The notes below the pieces were generated by a model. The model had not been told where the DNA came from. It saw nothing but the letters and a program-made list of their open reading frames with translations, and did not search any database. A program made the position numbers and the translations under genes. 64,000 nt of DNA from contig JBFMEB010000009.1 in assembly GCA_040753675.1 (NCBI GenBank), positions 3,407 to 67,406 on the forward strand, written 5' to 3'. Positions 1 to 12,800 of the stretch are shown here, piece by piece; positions within the stretch are counted from its first letter, which is position 1; each line of letters starts with the position of its first letter. This DNA is from Candidatus Omnitrophota bacterium (GTDB lineage Bacteria; Omnitrophota; Gorgyraeia; JAHJTE01).

Positions 1-1
1 G

Positions 2-870
2 GCATTTTCATTTGCCTCAAGTAGCAGGGCAGAGGAGATTGATGTTATTGTTAGAGTCCAGGATGATTTAAGAGATGATTTAGAGAGGATTCGTAATATT
101 CGCCTGGTAAATCGCGATGGCAATCTAATTTATTTAAGCCAATTTGCAAAAATAAATTATGAAAATCAATTTAACGAAGTTTATAGACAAGGTGGCAGAA
201 ATGCCATAAGCATTTTAATTGAACCTGATACTCGTCTGACTGATGAGAGAAGATTAAAAGCAGCAGTCAAAGAATTATGGGAGAAAGAAAAGTTAAATTA
301 CCGAGACCAAGATTTAAAATTTGGCGAGCTTGAACGAGAAGAAGATGAGGCAATGAAAAAGATTGGCTATAATTTTATTCTGGCAATAGTAGCCATTTGG
401 TTTATGACATTTTTAACTCTAAGAGCAAGTATTAGCCAGACATTTGTGGTGCTTTCAAGCATTATGTTCTCAACTTCTGGCGTTTTTGTTGCTTCTATTT
501 TGGTGGGTAGCCCATTTGAATTCTCTACTTTGGTGACAATTTTTGCTTTAGGTGGTTTAGTTGTCAACAATTCTTTGGTCTTACTTTATGAGATTAACCG
601 TTTAAGAGGCCAGGGATTAGAAAAAACTGCCTCAATATTAAATGCCAGCCAGTCAAGGATGAGGCCAATACTACTGACTTCGATAACCACATTGCTTGGA
701 TTCCTGCCTTTGGCAATAGGTATGAGCGGGAATATTCCTTTCTTTACTGCAATGGCTCAGGCCTTGACCTGGGGTTTAGGCATTGCTACTGCCTTAACCC
801 TCTTTATTACTCCTCTTCTTCAAGCAGTAGCTGATGATGTTATAGACTGGTTTACTCGGATTAGGAAAAG
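2..870 (+). other. Domain: RND (AcrB/HAE-type) efflux permease C-terminal half (periplasmic subdomain + TM7-12)
   Basis: The translated motif ...LLYEINRLRGQGLEKTASILNASQSRMRPILLTSITTLLGFLPLAIGMSGN... matches the conserved RND region (AcrB ...[21 protein letters not shown]...). Several TM helices flank it. Confidence 0.6.
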
Positions 871-3800
871 AAATAAGGATAAGACGATCACTAAGAACTT
901 TGGTTTTACGATGTTTGGTTTACCAATGGTGAGCCTTGTCGAGCCATTCTGGCTGCCTTTTGGTGCAGAGACAGTTGCTATATCTCTAATAATTCTAATC
1001 GGCCTCTATATTCTCGTCTCTTCCTTCAAGCAGCAGATATTGAATTTTGCATTAAAAAACAAAGCACCTCCAAAATTAATAAGAGCATTAAATCTCTCCC
1101 TCCTAGATTTGCATCAAGACGGAATTGCTATTATTGGTTTCGGAGATTGGTCCTCGAGAACATACCTTCCTAAATTAAGAGATGAATTCCCGCATATTCC
1201 TATCTATGTTGCCTTAACTGAATTTAATAAAGCAAAATTAAAAGCAATTAGACGCCAATATCCTACCATAAGAATTATTAGATGTGATGGAGATTTTAGT
1301 GGCAGGGCATCATATGAAGAGGTTTTTAAGAAGAGAAAAATAAAATCAGTGATTATTGCTACGCGCGATAAAAAATCCCACGATGAATTAGCCAAACAGG
1401 CAATTCTTGCCGGCAAACACGTTCTTGTTGAAAAGCCAATTGGAGGTGAGATAGCCCCAGAATTTGTAAGGCTTGCTAAAGAAAGACGAGTAGTTTTGGC
1501 TGTTGGCATACAGTATGTGTATGATGCTGCAGTGAATGCTCTTAGAGGCTATTTAGAGCAGATTGGCGAGCTGGAAGGCATAGCTTTGAGTTTGCTCAAT
1601 AAGCAAAAGAATAACAAGAAAAATATTATCCCGGTTTTTGATAATTTAGGCGTGCATCTCTTGAGCATACTACAGATAATCTTAGGCATTAGTGAAGCAA
1701 GAGACTTGAAAGTTGTCTCTGATGTAAGAGACTGGATGGACAGGGTTAGCTTAAAGTTTAATTATGCAGGCATTCCAGTGAGATTAGATGTAGATAGTGA
1801 TTATCAGGGGGAAGCTAATAAGCGAGAAGTATACATCAAGGGTAAAAAAGGATTCTTAATTTTAAACTTAGATACTGGCGAAATTCTGATACTTACGTAT
1901 GAGCCATTTAAGAAAGAAGTAATCAAGCCTGAAAGAAAAGATTTGATTTCTTTAGAATTAGCTGACTTCTTTAGGGCAATAGAGCAAGGCGCTAGCCCAA
2001 TCAACAGTGTCCAAAATACACTTTGGATTTGGCAGATAGCTGAAGAGGTAAGATCAAGAATTTTAGAGCAGGTAAATCTTAGGCTTTTATCAGGCCATAA
2101 TTGTCTGGTAATGCGCTTAATTGAGATTTTTGGGAGAGAATTCAAAGATGAGATTGTTGACTGGTATATTCGAGAAGGAATAAATTTAAAAATTGTTCCG
2201 GCATTCTGTTTAGCATTTATAGAAGCAGTCAAGTCTGGCAGAGAACGTCTGGGATTAAAAGGCGAAACAGTTAGCAGCATTATCGAAACAGCCATGCAAA
2301 AAACTAAACCTCTTGCTGAGAAGCCTACACAAGATTCTGATAATACTCAAGTTTTAAGCCATATCTTAGGAGTATTAACAAAAGCAAATTTAACAGAAGG
2401 TAAATTCATAGCTGATTGTTTAGTTAAGAGTAGGCCTGTTGATGAGGCAATTTTAGTTAGCGCTTTAGCTTTAAGAAGCGCTCAAAGCCAAGAAGTCCGG
2501 CGCATAGCAATAAATACATTATTGCACTACCAACCCTTAAGCCTGTTATTGCTAAGTCGTTATTTAGAAAATAGTGACGCTACTGGACGTAGGAGAGACC
2601 TTGTCGATGCAGCTTCATTAGCTAAATCGCCGTATGGGATTATTTCGCAAGTTGATTTTTCGCTTAATACTAATTACCACAGATTAAATGACAGAGAGAT
2701 TGCAGTTATTGAACAAAATGTGGGTTTAATAGAAGGAGCGATTAGCCGTCTATTAATTGAGTCTTCAGATGAGGCTTTAGGTCCAACCTATTACATTGTT
2801 TATCCTCAAAATGATAGTTATGGCGCAGAGGCATTTGCAAGCAGAGATTCTAAAGCAGGAGACCCGCACGTAATTAAGGCTCTTCTCAATGACTTTATGG
2901 CTGAAGAAATATTAGAAGATTTAGGCATTCATATAGAGTCTATAAGCTGGGATGATAGATTGTCAAGATTAGATATTAGAGAGTTCCAGCAAAAGCTAAT
3001 ACTTTTGGCAGATTCACAGGATGCTTCACAGGAAACTCGAATAAAGATTTTAAGATGGCTAATTATACTTGGGTTAGATGAGGCAACTGTCAGAGGTTTT
3101 AGAGATAGATGGAGAGTTGATGATTATCTTTTGGATATGTTTTTAGGCCGGCCAAGTGGGGCTAAACGAGATAAGGCCATTTTGTTATTACAGGCAAATT
3201 GCCTTATTGCTTGCCTGATACAAATCTTAGGCACTGAGCATAAAGATGAGGTTATTAAATGGTTTTTAGAGGCAGGCCTTGAGCCGATAGAAACCACAGT
3301 AATTCCTTTGCGGAAATCATTAGAGATTATTCATCAGAATTTAATGGGCAAGGTAATTGGGGGGATGAGGCTATTATGTATCAGCCGCATTGATGAAAAT
3401 ACAATACGCATGGTATTTGAAGATTGTAGTGGTGCTAATAGGCACAAAGTAATTTACATTACCAGAAAAGCAGAGATTCTCCATCATGCCCAAGTTCAAG
3501 ATTGGAAAGAGCCTAAAGTCCCCAGCGGCATAGCGTATCCTGATTTGGGAAATATGGTTAACGAAGATGCATTAGTAGGAGGTTCAACATCAGTTCATAT
3601 GCGGCACAGAATAAGAAAACCCTTTATAGATAGTTTGGCAAACCTGAAATTTATAGGCGGAGGTTTGGGTTTACGCGAAGTAAATGCTATCGTGAGGAAT
3701 ATTATAGAGGAATACAGAAACAGCGGCCTTAGTCCAGAGGAAGCGCTTTTGCGAGTTACTATGTTTATGCAAAGAGAAAAAGACGAGAGGTTGCTAATCT

Positions 3801-6800
3801 TAAATGAACTGGCGATTAAATTAAATATCGAAATTCTCTGGCAGGCAATAATAGAGCTGGATAGAGAGAGATTTTTAGCAGTGCGGAAAATCCTTGAAAA
3901 TAAATTTGGTTTTGTAATTTTTCCTTTTTTTGGTGAGAGAATAGACAATAGCATGAAGGGGACCTGGGCTGACAGGGCACTAACCAGCGAGATAATAGAA
4001 CAGTTTCCTCCTGAAAGCGGCACACGTTTTCCTTTTACCAAAAAATTAAAATTGGATGATTATTTTGAGGCAAGTAGGATTGACGATATAGAAATTTCTA
4101 CTTCTGAATTAAAAGAAGATATCCGCAAGCATGTCCCTGAGGGATTAGGCGTATTTATATTTAGGCTAATTACTGACGAAAATAACAAAACAGTACTTGA
4201 AACTATGGTTATCGATAACGGAAGAGGTTATGACCTGGAAAAATATTATGCCATTGGCCAGTCTGAAGAAGCGCCAAGAGAAACAACAGCAGCAGGTTAC
4301 GATGATGCAGACCATAGATTTAAAGAGGTTGGTCGAGGACATTGTATAGTTGCCTGCCTTATGCCGGATTTTGAAGTTAGGTCTCAAGATAAAATGTTTA
4401 TCCAGGAAGGTCGGACCGATTCAGTGGGTTTTGGAGCCACCGAAGAAATTGTCGGTAAATTTATTACTGATTTGCCTGTTATTGCTGGAACCCAGAAGCT
4501 TTTCCGCACATGGTCAGACAAGCCTGTTGCTACTCAGACAGCAACAGCCATTGAAACAATAGATGAAACAAACAAACAAGAAGTTGTCAAGCCAACTTTA
4601 ACAGAGCTATTAAAAACAAATGATGAAACATCTCAGATTAGAAGGTTATTAAGTTTTATATACACAGATAAAGATATTTTAACGCCTTCACGCAGAGAAT
4701 TATTTATTATTTATCAGACTTATGTGGAGACATATCATCATTATCCCTCACTTGCTGTATTAGCTGAGATTGCTTTGTTGACCAGAGAACGGGCAAGGCA
4801 GATTATAAAGGATGATATTAACCCTATTTTGCGATTTTTCGGCTTACCATTGCTTGAGCTTGATAAAGATTGCCAAAAAAAGACACTCTCGCAAGCAGAT
4901 ATGTTTAAGATGCAGGGGCTTTGGTATGAGTTAACATCAGGCATCAAGGTACCTGGAATTGAACTGAAGAATCTTAATAGCGTGTCACTTAGTGAAGAAG
5001 AGGCATTTCACACGACTCGGGTTAGGGAGTTGCTTATGGATATTGCCAATGAATTAGCGAGGACTCGTAAACCATTCAAAGAATTTGAAGAGATAAAAGA
5101 GAGGCTTTGGGGCTGCGGAAGAATAAAAATTGCTATTTTGAGGCGGTTTTATTATCTTGGTAAGTTAGAAGTTCCTATAAGCAATGAAGAAATAGCAAAT
5201 ATTATTCCTGTCGAGTTTTTGAATAGACTCCCTGCCTTGCCTGCTCGTAGAGGCCCTCGAGATGTGAACTGGAGAAGCCGCTCTGGCAGAGTTAAAAGCT
5301 TTAATGAGCCGTTTGTCGACTTAATTAAAAAGGCTTGTATTTCCGATGCTGAGTTAGAATTTATTTTAAACGTCGTTATTATTATTAAAGATTTACAGCG
5401 CAAATATTCGCTACATTCAATTTTCCGCAGACACAAAGGCATATTAAGCCCTGTTTTGGATGTTTTGGAAAATAATCTGGATTCGGCTCGCCACATTGCT
5501 ATAAAGCAGTGGTTAAGGAGGAAAGAATTAAAAGGAAAACTCGCAGAGTTAATCGAGGCCTTGGGCATAACCGAAAGAGATAAGCATGAACATAAAAGAG
5601 GTTTAAAAGATGCTGAGATTATTTGGCCAGAATTTAAGTTTCATCCTCGTACTATAACTGAAGAACAGGCAATGAGCCTGCCGTTAAGTAAGGGTGCTCG
5701 CCAGTTACTTATTGAATCTATAATATTGCAGCATCTAAAAGGTGGAATATATATAAGGCGCTGGGAAGATTTTTCTCAGATACGGGGTTACAGGCCATCT
5801 TACCTTGAAGAGTTTAAGCACTGTTTGCTTAATCCTACCATGCCTATTTCACAACGGATAAGAACATCTTCTGTTGCAGCAGTAGTTATGCCAGGGGCTT
5901 TGAATATATTTAACTTAGATAATCCGGATATTTTGACTTTACTCGTTTCTCTAATATTCCTCATTCCTTTTGCATTAGCATTTTATGGCGTTAACGCTAA
6001 TCCAACAGAATTATTAGTTAATAGTGCACCTGACTCAATAGAGAGAAAACGCTTAGTTTACATATATAGGGAATTGTTTGATGATTTAGACAGAGAGCGG
6101 TTCATAATCCACCAGGCCTATCTTTACAAGCATGGTCAGTATCCTAAATATGACTTAATTGCTCAGTTGAGCGCAGCGCCGGGCTCTAAGCCGGCTACTA
6201 AAGAAGCAATCCGCCAAAATATCGCAGAGATTAACGCGATATTCAAATTTTTCAATTTATCCGGTTTAGGAGTATTAAAACGAGGAGTATGGATTCCTAC
6301 AGAAAGAATCAGCAAAGAAGATATAAAAGAGATGAGAGAAATCTGGGAGGCATATACAAGAGGTGTTGAATATGTAGAGTCTGAAATTATTCCAAAGAGA
6401 GATAGCCGAGCTATTTCATTAGAAGAGGCCAGAGAACTTCCTCACAGATTTGGCCGCAATCTTATGGTTAGAATAATAAGAGCCAGACAGCGAGGTAGAA
6501 AATTTGCAAATATTAAAGAGGCGCTGGCTAAATTAAAATTAAGAGGAAATGAAGTAGGGATGGCGAAAATTTTAGAAAAACTCTTCTCTTCTATTCTATT
6601 TTTATTAGTGGCAGGAACGGCTTTTGATAACACCTATTCATTATTTGCCATACCTATTATTCTTGGCTTGACTGTTAAGGTTGGGGATATCTCTAAAGAA
6701 GCTAATGAAGCGTCTTTAAAGGATGCTATTGAGCAGTTAAGAGGAAGAGATATTGTTATACTTCAGATGGAATATGAGTTATCAATGAGATTTTTGAAAG

Positions 6801-9800
6801 AATTTTGCGGTTATTTAATAAGAGATTTGAGATGTTCATTAAAGGATGCAGTATATAACACAGGAGAAGTAGCTAAGATTCTTATGGCCGGCGGCTTGGG
6901 GAGTTTTAAACCTGATTTAGTAAAAGGTTGGTACGAGGTCTTAGGAGAACATTGGAGTGGAGTTGAAGCAAGAAAACGCCTGCATGTTTTTGGCATATTA
7001 TATTCTTCGGCTATTAAAGGTCAAGGACCTATAAAGCCACGGGGCTTATCATCGGATTCCAATATTATTAATCTGGTAAGAGGAGCTTTGCAGAAGGTTA
7101 AAGTTTATAGAGGCATAGAGCTTAATATGAATGGCGTAGGTAAGGTTGACGTAGAAATCTATATGAATCCTTATTCAGAATTAAATGAATATTGGCTTTA
7201 TTGCCCGCATGTTTTTCATGAGGCATATTGTGGTGAACGAGATGATGATTTTAGGGCTGTGCAGAGCTTATTATATAGAAAAGTGGTGTTAAGATTTATT
7301 AAAGAGGAAATGAATGAAGGCCGTATTAGTAGAGTCCTATTATTTTCAACCAGCGAGGTAAATACAACATTAGCAATTCCAGCCGTGGTAGACGATGAAT
7401 TTAAGGATGATAAAGATTTTAGCAATATCCTGATACATCATTACAATCACACAATAGTTCCTGCAGGAATCCCTCGCTATAACTGGTATCTTTTTGACGC
7501 ATTAAATATAGCTGAACAGCTCAGAAAAACCATCAAAGATGGAAAGATAGATTTAATCAGTATTACCGGAGAAGTCTGTGATTTTATTACCGGCTGCTCC
7601 AAAGCCCACACCAGAAAGCTTCGAGAAGAGATTTTTGCAAAATTTGCCCAAAAGGTGCTGGAGGATGATTTATTCGGAAACAGTGAAGGCTCGGATATAG
7701 AACGCTGGCAAGGCGAAGCAATTGGGGAAATTATTAAGAAATATATGAGAGAATCAAGTGTTGACGATTATAGCAGTTTGTTTAAAGCGTTAGAAAGAGC
7801 AGAGTCTCTCAAGCTTAAATTTATGGATGAGATATTAGCTGCTAAAAGGCAACAAAAGAGGGTTTTTATTGATGAATTATTGCAAGGGACATTTGGCCAA
7901 ATAAACTTTACCACTGAAGATTTAGAGACAGATGCAGTTGAGCTTGAAGATATGCCGTTCTTTCCATTTGTTAGGAGAATGGTGCCTTATAAGTGCGCCG
8001 ATCTTATTGTAGATATCCTTTATAACCCTGATTTTAGAGAGAGGATTATAAAGAGTAGGGCAATAATCTTTATTGGCGGAAGGAAATTCGATGGGTTTGC
8101 TGATATACAAAAGAGAAGGATTAAGAAATTAATTGAACTTGATAGAAGAATGAAATATCACATTATATTTATTGAAAATCACAATGTATTCACTTCTTGG
8201 ATTATTCAGCAAGGCACAGATTTTGGCGGAATGCTTTCCTGGAAGGATAAAGAGGCAGGACCAACCAGCCCTACCAATTCAGAGCAGAATTTTTCTCCTA
8301 CAGTCGCCACTAGTGACGGCGTAATTGATGAGAGGGTCGAGCAGATAAAGAGAGATAAGCAAGGTAAAATAATTAGCGGCAATGGATATATTGTGGCCTA
8401 TGGAAATGAACGCTCGCCTACAGGCGAGATTATGCCGGATAGAGAATCTTTAGTAAGCGAGATTGAACAGGCCTGCTCAGATTATTTTGATAGAGACAAT
8501 TATAAGGAAGTGGCTTTCAATGCCGGAAAAACCGGAATGCTTGACGGCGATATTCGTAATCAAGCCAAAGGCCTACTTCGGCTCTGGGGACAGCAGTTAG
8601 CTAAAAAGATAGCTTATCCTGCAACAATACCTGTCTCAGATGAGCCAGATAGAAAACCTACTCAGGGAGAATTAGATAAAGTATATGAGATTTTTGGCGG
8701 CTTTGGAAGGATAGATATTGATGAGAATAATTTAATAATCAGTCCCTCCTTAAATGCCCCTGCAGAAGTAAAAAATGGCTTACTTTACGTTAATCCTAAT
8801 ACACTACGAGGGCCGCCAGAACAATTAAGAGTAATTTTTGAAGGTCACGAATTATTCCACTTATTATATCCGCAAAAATCAGACCAAGAGGCCCGCCAAT
8901 TCACCATTCAATATCTCCTCAAAACTAATTTACTATTAAGCCATATAGAGTTTCTCACTAACAATAATCTCAGTTTAATTCCCAAAGCCGATTGGTTGGC
9001 CTCATTAAAGAATGAGGCAGTGGTTTTGCTATCTGATTTAGAGTGGATAAAAAATAACATCAGACTCGCAGGCTCAAATACCGATGAATTAAAAGCTGCC
9101 CTTGGGCTTAAGACATTGTTTGATGGACGCTCAACTATAGTATTTTTATCTTCTGATGAGCGTTACATTATAAAGGTTTACAAATATGCGACAGCTAAAT
9201 ATGAGAGAGAGAAAGAATTTCTACAGGAGCTAAATCCAACATTAAGGCCGATGCTCTATTATTATGATGATAAGGCACAGGCCTTAGTTACGGATAATCT
9301 AAAAGCCCTCGGCTTTACAAGTCTTTTTGAGTTCATGCAGTCGCCAGATATATCTATAGAAGAATTGAGAGTTGTTATGCGTTTAGCAGCCGGAGCATTA
9401 GCCAGAATTAATATACCTCAAATGCCTGCTCATTCAGCGCCAATACTTGATATCTCTGATGAAATAAGAATTTTAAGAGACGCAGGCTTTAATGATTTGC
9501 CCGATACCAATTCTGTTAAATTGCCACAAGATGATTTCAAAGAACAAAAGGTTGTTGCTCATGGCGACTTCTCTCCTTGGAATATATTTGTAGACCCAAA
9601 GAGTGGTCAGATAGAAGCAGTCATTGATCCGGAGTCCGAGCGTTTTAATACTCACAGTAGAGAACTTGTTGCTGCGATTGAAGGATTGATAGATGCGCGC
9701 AAGAATAATCATTTGTTAGTATTACATATAGGAGAGCTTGTATCTGAATTTATAGACGAATATACAAGGATAGCCAATATTGATAAAGAGAAATTATATG

Positions 9801-12800
9801 CGCGGCTGCATTACATTTTAGCCAGCCAACTGTTAATTGATGCATATCAATTTTATTGGAAGTGGGGAATGAGAGAATGGGCACAATGGAGAATAGCCCT
9901 GGCTAAAAAATTATTAGTCATGAAAAGATTTTCTATACCCGGCTTAGAAAATATCTTGAATGTTAATTTAGGACAAGATGTTATTGTTTGGGCAGGAGGC
10001 GTGGATACTGATTATGGACCGGTTTCTGGAGTTAGCATAAACTCTAAGATAGGAGAGAAAATAACTTTGTATGTCCGCCTTAATATGCGCGATGTAGATT
10101 ATGAACCACTTATTGCAACAAACATTATTGCTCAGGTTTGGACTGATATTAACTCTGGAATCTGGCATAGTGAAGGACTCCTCGAGTTCTATAAATATGA
10201 AGACGGAAATTACTTATTTAAGGGAAGCTTGATTCCATTTGTTCCAGGAAAGTCTGAGTTTACTGTTAGATTCTCTACTGATGGAGCTACTTGGCATTAT
10301 GCAGAAATGCCTTACGGCAACGGCATAATTATGGCTCAAGATAGTTCTGATGATGCCTTAGATAGATTCCAGGTAAGACTTCAAGAGATTATCGATAGAG
10401 GAAGTATGCCGATAGTTTTTGTAGATATGGATTATACAATTACTGAATCTTTTGGCTCAGAATTAGTTGATAGAGTAAAAGATGCACTTAAAGAACTTTA
10501 TCTTAGGGGTGGAATCTTTGGCTTAAATACTGCAACAGCTATTGATGGGGTAAAGAGGCAAGTACTAGATAGCTTAGGTGGATTATTTAACTTCTCATTT
10601 ATGATTATTGAGATAGGTAGAGAAATTTATGCCTGGAACGAAACTGAGAAAAGATATATTAAATTACCGATTACAGCTACGACTAAAGGAAAAGCAATGA
10701 GAAAGTTAGCACATTATTTAGGCGTAAGTTTAGAAGATTTTATATTTATTGGAGATTTCCCAAGCATAGGAATAGATGATTCAGTCTTAAGGGAGAAATT
10801 AGGAATAGTTGTTGCCATAGGCAAAAGTAGATTGCCTGAGACTATCAAGACAAAGCATTCAGAAACCTTGTTGATTAAACCTCTTAAATTAACTCCTCCG
10901 TGGGTGGGGCCAGAGGCAACAGTTCAATATATAAATCGACTTATTTTAGTTTTAGAAAGAAATAAAATTAACCAAACTCGAGGCCCACCATCTCCTCCAT
11001 TATTTAATTACCCAGCTAAAGTAAGGCGAACTGAATCAAAGAGAGAATTTCAAGATGTAGTTACGCTTGTTTGCTTTGATGAAGCAAAGAAAGTATATTT
11101 TAGCGGGCAAAACAACTTAAGAGAAAAAATCGGCAGGGCTGAGTTTATTAGGTTAAAAAGAGCGCTCCTGAAAGCCATAAGAATAATTTCAAGAGAATAT
11201 CCTTATATTTTTAATGCTTTAGTTAATAGAAAGATGCGCCTGCGCTTATCTACTGAAATTGAACAAGCCAGTTACGTGACTGCACACGAGTTGGTTATCA
11301 ACATTGATTGTTTAAGGCCTGCTAAGGAAGAAGCACAAGATTGGGAACTTGCCCTAATCGGCATATTAGAACATGAATTTGCCCACTTAGAAAATCCTCA
11401 CCTTCACGAATCCCAAGTAAGACAGCATAGTATTTATTTTTATCAAGGTCACCTTGATATCTTACAGGCAACAATAAGCCAGTTTGAAAAGGGCTTTCTC
11501 ATTGACCCAGAGTGGCTTGCAATCCTTAAGAATATAAAAAGAATAATTGTTTTAGAGAGATTCTGGTCTGAGGTAGCAAAGACTGAATTAGTAAAAGAAT
11601 TTTTAGAGATAAAATTAGACAGATATAGAAGCAGCAAAGCTCGAGCCCAAGACCTAATCGCTAAGGCCATAAAGAGATTTTCAAGCATACTCGCAGATTC
11701 CGGAGTAAACGAACAGCTGGTAAAGAAATTTGAACATATTTTCTTTGAATATGACAGCGTAATTATCGTCTATAAACTGGGCAGCTCAACTTACAAAATC
11801 ATCTGCATAGCGAAGAGAGATATATTAGATGCATATAGTTCAGATTCAGTCAGCCAGAATATTTTCAATGCTGAAGTGCGCACAAGCATTTTTAGGGACA
11901 ACGGTAAGCTTGCCTTTGGCTATATTAGGAAACTCTTGATATATCAAAATGACCCGCAACTGTATCAGATTATATCCTTGCTTATTTCTAATAATACTCA
12001 CGATGTAAGACGAGCAATAACTATCATAAAAACAAAGCTTGCTAGGGGGGAGAGTCCAGAGACCTTAAAAGAACTTTTGTACGCTAGTCTCTATTATTGT
12101 CACAATCCACAATGGGGAGTGAGTCAAGACATTAGAGTTATGATGAACAAATTGCTTGAAGATATAATAACTGAACGACCACTTACATTTCCTCAGAGTG
12201 TGATAAATTTAAGCGTGTTTAAAGGCCAAACCCAGACGATTAGAATTAGTTTGCCGGTTAACTTCAATCCTTTAGTTAATAAAAAGATGAGTCAAAGATA
12301 TCAGGCGAGAATCAGGCTATCAATAAACGGCAAATTAAAGAAGCAGGCCATACCCATGGCACTTGATTTGGATAATTCTAACGAGGCAGAGATAGCTTTT
12401 GCCACTGAGGTAAAAGCGAAAAAGGGCTGGATTCATTACACTATCCAGATCTCGAAAGATGCTGGAAAAACCTGGGAATATGAATTAGTTCATCCTTATT
12501 CAAATGGCTTGATAAAAGTTATCGCTGATGAGCTGGGTGAAAGAGTCTTAAGTACTTATGCAGATACTTGGAATTTGCATCTTGATGAAAAATTGTCGCC
12601 ATTAAAAGATGAAACTGGCACTTATGTGTATGGGGCATTCGATGATTTAGCAAATCAGCTTGAGGTGATTAAAAATGAAGGATATTCACGTATCTACCTT
12701 TTAGGTGCCTTGGAATTGGGTTGGGCAGGTGAAGCCGGTCCTGATCCTTCTGTATTCAGCATCTGGGATGGGGTAACTATTCGTCGGGACTTAGGCGGCT

